Source: Escherichia phage MS2
Strand: one strand, 5' to 3'
Length of the DNA: 3,569 bases
Sequence record: MT830620.1
In this document: piece after piece, positions 1 to 3,569 of the stretch
Position numbering within the stretch: position 1 is the first letter of the stretch
How the letters are laid out: each line of letters starts with the position of its first letter
The notes under the pieces: generated by a model
What the model saw: only the letters and a program-made list of their open reading frames with translations
Told to the model about the DNA's origin: nothing
Databases searched by the model: none
Made by a program: the position numbers and the translations under genes

Positions 1-28
1 GGGTGGGACCCCTTTCGGGGTCCTGCTC
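1..28 (+). other. 5' terminal hairpin of the phage plus strand (core stem 6-12 GGACCCC / 17-23 GGGGUCC, loop UUUC 13-16; extendable to 1-28 with G-U pairs)
   Basis: Direct inspection: 5'-GGGUGGGACCCCUUUCGGGGUCCUGCUC folds into a GC-rich stem-loop. Levivirus plus and minus strands both start with GGG and carry a stable 5' hairpin. Confidence 0.8.
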
Positions 29-30
29 AA

Positions 31-36
31 CTTCCT
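31..36 (+). promoter_or_regulatory. Upstream complementary sequence (UCS) that can pair with the maturation-gene Shine-Dalgarno (long-distance interaction limiting A-protein translation)
   Basis: CUUCCU at 31-36 is complementary (including one G-U pair) to AGGAGG at 116-121. A UCS-SD interaction is established for MS2 (kinetic control of maturation-gene translation); the exact pairing register here is my inference. Confidence 0.5.
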
Positions 37-115
37 GTCGAGCTAATGCCATTTTTAATGTCTTTAGCGAGACGCTACCATGGCTATCGCTGTAGGTAGC
101 CGGAATTCCATTCCT

Positions 116-122
116 AGGAGGT
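116..122 (+). promoter_or_regulatory. Shine-Dalgarno / RBS of the maturation gene (AGGAGGU)
   Basis: AGGAGGT at 116-122, 7 nt upstream of the ATG at 130. Confidence 0.85.
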
Positions 123-129
123 TTGACTC

Positions 130-1311
130 ATGCGAGCTTTTAGTGTCCTTGATAAGGAATCCGAGACCTTCGTCCCCTCCATCCGCGTTTACGCTGATGG
201 GGAGGTCGTCGATAACTCGTTTTCCCTAAAATACCGTTCGAACTGGACCCCTGGTCGATTTAACTCGACTGGAGCCAGGACGAAGCAGTGGCACTATCCG
301 TCCCCTTATTCTAGGGGTGCGCTTAGCGTCACATCGGTAGATCAAGGCGCCTATAAGCGCTCTGGGTCATCGTGGGGTCGCCCGTACGAGGAGAAAACCG
401 GTTTTGGCTTCTCACTCGACGCACGCTCCTGCTACAGCCTCTTCCCTGTGAGTCAAAATATGACTTACATTGAAGTGCCGCAGAACGTTGCGAATCGGGC
501 GTCGACTGAAGTCCTGCAGAAGGTCACCCAGGGTAATTTCAACCTCGGTGTGGCCCTCGCAGAGGCCAGGTCGACAGCCTCACAACTCGCGACGCAAACC
601 ATTGCGCTCGTAAAGGCGTACACTGCCGCTCGTCGCGGCAATTGGCGCCAGGCGCTCCGCTATCTTGCCCTAAACGAAGATCGAAAGTTTCGATCGAAAC
701 ACGTGGCAGGCAGATGGTTGGAGTTGCAGTTCGGCTGGCTACCGCTAATGAGCGATATCCAGGGTGCATATGAGATGCTCACGAAGGTTCACCTTCAAGA
801 GTTTCTCCCTATGAGAGCCGTACGCCAGGTGGGCACTAACGTGAAGTTAGATGGCCGCTTGTCGTATCCAGCTGCAAACTACCAAACCACGTGCAACATA
901 TCGCGACGTATCGTGATATGGTTTTACATAAACGATGCACGCTTGGCTTGGTTGTCGTCTCTAGGTATCTTGAACCCACTAGGTATAGTGTGGGAAAAGG
1001 TGCCTTTCTCATTCGTTGTCGACTGGCTCCTTCCTGTTGGGAACATGCTCGAAGGCCTCACGGCCCCCGTAGGATGCTCTTACATGTCAGGAACAGTTAC
1101 CGACGTAATAACGGGTGAGTCCATCATAAGCGTTGACGCTCCCTATGGGTGGACAGTGGAGAGACAGGGCACTGCTAAGGCCCAGATCTCAGCCATGCAT
1201 CGAGGGGTACAATTCGTATGGCCAACAACTGGCGTATACGTAAAGTCACCTTTCTCGATGGTCCATACCTTAGATGCGTTAGCATTAATCAGGCAACGGC
1301 TCTCAAGATAG
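130..1311 (+). CDS. mat: Maturation (A) protein, the pilus-binding, single-copy virion protein; 393 aa
   Basis: ORF 130..1311 (ATG start, UAG stop). The translation (MRAFSVLDKESETFVPS...WTPGRFNST...LALIRQRLSR) is near-identical over its whole length to the MS2 A protein as I recall it. Same position and length (393 aa) as in MS2. Confidence 0.95.
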   Translation: MRAFSVLDKESETFVPSIRVYADGEVVDNSFSLKYRSNWTPGRFNSTGARTKQWHYPSPYSRGALSVTSVDQGAYKRSGSSWGRPYEEKTGFGFSLDARSCYSLFPVSQNMTYIEVPQNVANRASTEVLQKVTQGNFNLGVALAEARSTASQLATQTIALVKAYTAARRGNWRQALRYLALNEDRKFRSKHVAGRWLELQFGWLPLMSDIQGAYEMLTKVHLQEFLPMRAVRQVGTNVKLDGRLSYPAANYQTTCNISRRIVIWFYINDARLAWLSSLGILNPLGIVWEKVPFSFVVDWLLPVGNMLEGLTAPVGCSYMSGTVTDVITGESIISVDAPYGWTVERQGTAKAQISAMHRGVQFVWPTTGVYVKSPFSMVHTLDALALIRQRLSR

Positions 1312-1322
1312 AGCCCTCAACC

Positions 1323-1342
1323 GGAGTTCGAAGCATGGCTTC
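1323..1342 (+). promoter_or_regulatory. Coat gene RBS and initiator hairpin (SD GGAG 1323-1326; stem 1330-1334 GAAGC / 1338-1342 GCUUC with AUG 1335-1337 in the loop)
   Basis: Direct inspection of the inverted repeat flanking the coat AUG. A coat initiator hairpin presenting the AUG is described for MS2; the fold is not computed here. Confidence 0.6.
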
Positions 1343-1727
1343 TAACTTTACTCAGTTCGTTCTCGTCGACAATGGCGGAACTAGCGACGTGACTGTCGCC
1401 CCAAGCAACTTCGCTAACGGGGTCGCTGAATGGATCAGCTCTAACTCGCGCTCTCAGGCTTACAAAGTAACCTGTAGCGTTCGTCAGAGCTCTGCGCAAA
1501 ACCGCAAGTACACCATCAAAGTCGAAGTGCCGAAAGTGGCTACTCAGACCGTTGGTGGTGTGCAGCTTCCTGTAGCCGCATGGCGTTCGTATCTGAATAT
1601 GGAATTAACTATTCCCATCTTCGCAACGAACGACGATTGCGCGCTTATTGTTAAGGCGATGCAAGGTCTCCTAAAAGATGGAAACCCAATCCCCTCAGCA
1701 ATCGCAGCAAACTCCGGAATCTACTAA
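1335..1727 (+). CDS. cp: Coat (capsid) protein, 130 aa including the initiator Met; ends in tandem stops UAA UAG (1725-1730)
   Basis: MASNFTQFVLVDNGGT...KDGNPIPSAIAANSGIY matches MS2/R17-type coat protein. The true start is the AUG at 1335 with the SD at 1323-1326, not the upstream in-frame ATG at 1218 used by the ORF track. RNA-binding residues known from MS2 (V29, K43, T45, S47, R49, T59, K61, E63, Y85, N87) are all present. Confidence 0.95.
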   Translation: MASNFTQFVLVDNGGTSDVTVAPSNFANGVAEWISSNSRSQAYKVTCSVRQSSAQNRKYTIKVEVPKVATQTVGGVQLPVAAWRSYLNMELTIPIFATNDDCALIVKAMQGLLKDGNPIPSAIAANSGIY

Positions 1728-1905
1728 TAGATTCCGGCCATTCCAACATGAGGATTACCCATGTCGAAGACAACAAAGAAGTTCAACTCTTTATGTATTG
1801 ATCTTCCTCGCGATCTTTCTCTCGAAATTTACCAATCAATTGCTTCTGTCGCTACTGGATGCGGTGATCCGCACAGTGGAGACTTTACAGCAATTGCTTA
1901 CCTAA
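1678..1905 (+). CDS. lys: Lysis protein L (75 aa, single-gene lysis), +1 frame relative to coat, overlapping the coat 3' end and the replicase 5' end
   Basis: ORF 1678..1905 translates to METQSPQQSQQTPESTNRFRPFQHEDYPCRRQQRSSTLYVLIFLAIFLSKFTNQLLLSLLDAVIRTVETLQQLLT. This has the MS2 L architecture: a basic/polar N-terminal region, a hydrophobic transmembrane segment and the conserved Leu-Ser (LLLSLL) motif. Position is the same as in MS2. Confidence 0.92.
   Translation: METQSPQQSQQTPESTNRFRPFQHEDYPCRRQQRSSTLYVLIFLAIFLSKFTNQLLLSLLDAVIRTVETLQQLLT
1746..1764 (+). promoter_or_regulatory. TR translational operator hairpin (coat-protein binding site, replicase translational repressor and packaging signal): ACAUGAGGAUUACCCAUGU
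   Basis: Exact match to the canonical MS2 operator: stem 1746-1750 / 1760-1764, bulged A at 1751, G-C G-C upper stem, loop AUUA 1754-1757 (wild-type U at -5). The replicase AUG (1761-1763) lies in the 3' arm and the SD GAGG (1750-1753) in the 5' arm. Confidence 0.95.
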
Positions 1906-3398
1906 GGGATGAGTTGCTTACTAAGCATCCGTCGCTAGGTAATGGTAATGACGAGGCGACCCGCCGGGCTTTAGCTATCGCTAAGCTCCGGGAGGCGAAT
2001 GAGCGATGTGGCCAGATTAATAGGGAAGGTTTCCTACATGACAAATCCTTGTCATGGGATCCGGATGTTTTACAAACCAGCATCCGTAGCCTTATCGGCA
2101 ACCTTCTTTCTGGTTATCGCTCGTCGTTGTTTGGGCAATGCACGTTCTCCAACGGTGCCTCAATGGGGCACAAGTTGCAGGATGCAGCGCCTTACAAGAA
2201 GTTCGCTGAACAAGCAACCGTTACCCCCCGCGCTCTGAGAGCGGCTCTACTGGTCCGAGACCAGTGTGCGCCGTGGATCAGACACGCGGTCCGCTACAAC
2301 GAGTCATATGAATTTAGGCTCGTCGTAGGGAACGGAGTGTTCACAGTTCCGAAGAATAACAAAATAGATCGGGCTGCCTGCAAGGAGCCCGATATGAATA
2401 TGTACCTCCAGAAGGGAGTCGGCGCCTTTATAAGACGTCGCCTCAAATCTGTGGGTATAGACCTGAATGATCAGACGATCAATCAGCGTCTAGCTCAACA
2501 AGGCAGCATAGACGGCTCATTAGCGACGATAGACCTATCGTCAGCTTCTGATTCCATCTCTGACCGCCTGGTATGGAGTTTCCTCCCACCTGAGTTATAT
2601 TCATATCTCGATCGTATCCGCTCCCACTACGGAATCGTAGATGGAGAGACGGTACGATGGGAACTATTTTCCACAATGGGAAATGGGTTTACTTTCGAAC
2701 TAGAGTCCATGATATTTTGGGCTATAGTGAAAGCAACTCAAATCCATTTTGGTAACGCCGGAACCATAGGCATCTACGGGGACGATATTATATGTCCCAG
2801 TGAGATTGCACCCCGTGTGCTAGAGGCACTTGCCTACTACGGTTTTAAACCGAATCTTCGTAAAACGTTCGTGTCAGGGCTCTTTCGCGAGAGCTGTGGC
2901 GCGCACTTTTACCGTGGTGTCGATGTCAAACCGTTCTACATCAAGAAACCAGTTGACAATCTCTTCTCCCTTATGCTGATCATGAATCGGCTTAGGGGGT
3001 GGGGCGTTGTCGGAGGTATGTCAGATCCGCGCCTTTATAAGGTTTGGGTACGACTGTCCTCCCTGGTTCCATCGATGTTCTTCGGTGGGACGGACCTTGC
3101 TGCCGACTACTATGTAGTAAGCCCTCCAAATGCTGTCTCAGTTTATACAAAGACTGCGTATGGTAGGTTACTCGCGGATGCCCGTACCTCGGGTTTCCGT
3201 CTTGCTCGTATCGCCAAAGAGCGAAAGCACTTTAGCGAGAAGCATGACAGTGGTCGCTACATAGCATGGTTCCATACTGGAGGTGAAATCACCGATAGTA
3301 TGAAGTCCGCTGGCGTGCGCGTAATGCGCACTTCGGAGTGGCTGACGCCGGTTCCCACATTCCCTCAGGAGTGTGGGCCAGCGAGCTCTCCTCGGTAG
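1761..3398 (+). CDS. rep: RNA-dependent RNA polymerase (replicase beta subunit), 545 aa
   Basis: ORF 1761..3398. YGDD catalytic motif at nt 2775-2786 (GTIGIYGDDIICP). The sequence MSKTTKKFNSLCIDLPRDLSLEIYQ... matches the MS2 replicase as I recall it; same coordinates as in MS2. The stop codon UAG is at 3396-3398. Confidence 0.96.
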   Translation: MSKTTKKFNSLCIDLPRDLSLEIYQSIASVATGCGDPHSGDFTAIAYLRDELLTKHPSLGNGNDEATRRALAIAKLREANERCGQINREGFLHDKSLSWDPDVLQTSIRSLIGNLLSGYRSSLFGQCTFSNGASMGHKLQDAAPYKKFAEQATVTPRALRAALLVRDQCAPWIRHAVRYNESYEFRLVVGNGVFTVPKNNKIDRAACKEPDMNMYLQKGVGAFIRRRLKSVGIDLNDQTINQRLAQQGSIDGSLATIDLSSASDSISDRLVWSFLPPELYSYLDRIRSHYGIVDGETVRWELFSTMGNGFTFELESMIFWAIVKATQIHFGNAGTIGIYGDDIICPSEIAPRVLEALAYYGFKPNLRKTFVSGLFRESCGAHFYRGVDVKPFYIKKPVDNLFSLMLIMNRLRGWGVVGGMSDPRLYKVWVRLSSLVPSMFFGGTDLAADYYVVSPPNAVSVYTKTAYGRLLADARTSGFRLARIAKERKHFSEKHDSGRYIAWFHTGGEITDSMKSAGVRVMRTSEWLTPVPTFPQECGPASSPR

Positions 3399-3408
3399 CT
3401 GACCGAGG
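3390..3408 (+). other. Hairpin presenting the replicase stop codon in its loop (stem CCUCGG 3390-3395 / CCGAGG 3403-3408; loop UAGCUGA)
   Basis: Perfect 6-bp inverted repeat seen directly; the loop contains the UAG at 3396-3398. Confidence 0.6.
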
Positions 3409-3430
3409 GACCCCCGTAAACGGGGTGGGT

Positions 3431-3495
3431 GTGCTCGAAAGAGCACGGGTCCGCGAAAGCGGTGGCTCCACCGAAAGGTGGGCGGGCTTCGGCCC
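3431..3495 (+). other. 3' UTR cluster of four small tetraloop hairpins: three GNRA (GAAA) and one UUCG
   Basis: Direct inspection: GUGCUC-GAAA-GAGCAC (3431-3446), CCGC-GAAA-GCGG (3451-3462), CCACC-GAAA-GGUGG (3468-3481), GGGC-UUCG-GCCC (3484-3495). Consistent with the highly structured levivirus 3' UTR, which holds replicase recognition elements. Confidence 0.7.
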
Positions 3496-3538
3496 AGGGA
3501 CCTCCCCCTAAAGAGAGGACCCGGGATTCTCCCGATTT

Positions 3539-3569
3539 GGTAACTAGCTGCTTGGCTAGTTACCACCCG
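3539..3569 (+). other. 3' terminal hairpin (10-bp stem GGUAACUAGC 3539-3548 / GCUAGUUACC 3555-3564, loop UGCUUG) followed by a single-stranded 3' tail ACCCG
   Basis: Perfect inverted repeat seen directly. The levivirus 3' end is a terminal hairpin plus an unpaired ...CCC(A) tail used for replicase initiation; here the last base is G. Confidence 0.8.

Noticed and set aside
891-1118. 75-aa plus-strand ORF nested in an alternative frame of the maturation gene
   Set aside because: No Shine-Dalgarno upstream, no known overprinted gene at this position in any MS2-group phage, and composition typical of an off-frame read; most likely chance.
1218-1334. Upstream in-frame ATG extending the coat ORF to 169 aa (ORF track 1218..1727)
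   Set aside because: This extension lies inside the maturation gene and has no RBS. The canonical coat start at 1335 has an SD (GGAG 1323-1326), an initiator hairpin and gives the exact 130-aa MS2-type coat protein.
1999-2238. 79-aa plus-strand ORF nested in an alternative frame of the replicase gene
   Set aside because: Same reasoning: no RBS, no precedent, and it is buried inside the replicase coding region.
3168-3566. 132-aa arginine-rich ORF on the minus strand (also 3289..3471 -, 2479..2676 -, 1898..2101 -, 1317..1499 -, 539..769 -)
   Set aside because: The levivirus minus strand is a replication intermediate and is not translated. These ORFs have no RBS, show low-complexity Arg/Pro/Ser composition typical of antisense frames of GC-rich structured RNA, and overlap conserved plus-strand genes and UTR structures.
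1-3569. Possibility that the window holds a novel defence system, CRISPR array, mobile element or other undescribed cellular system
   Set aside because: The whole window is accounted for by a known four-gene ssRNA phage genome with its UTRs. There are no direct repeat/spacer arrays, no transposase or integrase, no tRNA/rRNA and no unexplained intergenic space (gaps are only 23 nt and 33 nt between genes).

Overview
This window is not a piece of a cellular genome and not a novel system: it is an end-to-end, plus-sense copy (as DNA) of an MS2-like ssRNA coliphage genome (Levivirus/Emesvirus, Fiersviridae). Its 3569 nt length matches the MS2 genome as I recall it, and both genome termini are present (5' GGGUGGG..., 3' ...CCACCC plus one terminal base). 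It has the canonical four-gene layout: maturation (A) protein 130..1311, coat protein 1335..1727, lysis protein 1678..1905 (+1 frame, overlapping the coat end and replicase start) and the RdRp beta subunit 1761..3398 (YGDD motif). The known RNA regulatory elements are recognisable: the 5' terminal hairpin, the upstream complementary sequence that pairs with the maturation-gene Shine-Dalgarno, the coat initiator hairpin, the coat-protein-binding TR operator hairpin enclosing the replicase AUG, and a 3' UTR packed with tetraloop hairpins. The proteins are very close to, but not identical with, the MS2 reference as I remember it. Points worth a second look are an ATG (not GUG) start on the maturation gene, a 3'-terminal G instead of A, and a few coat-protein substitutions at surface loops. 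Identity levels and variant calls are from memory, not from an alignment. All minus-strand ORFs in the track are judged spurious.
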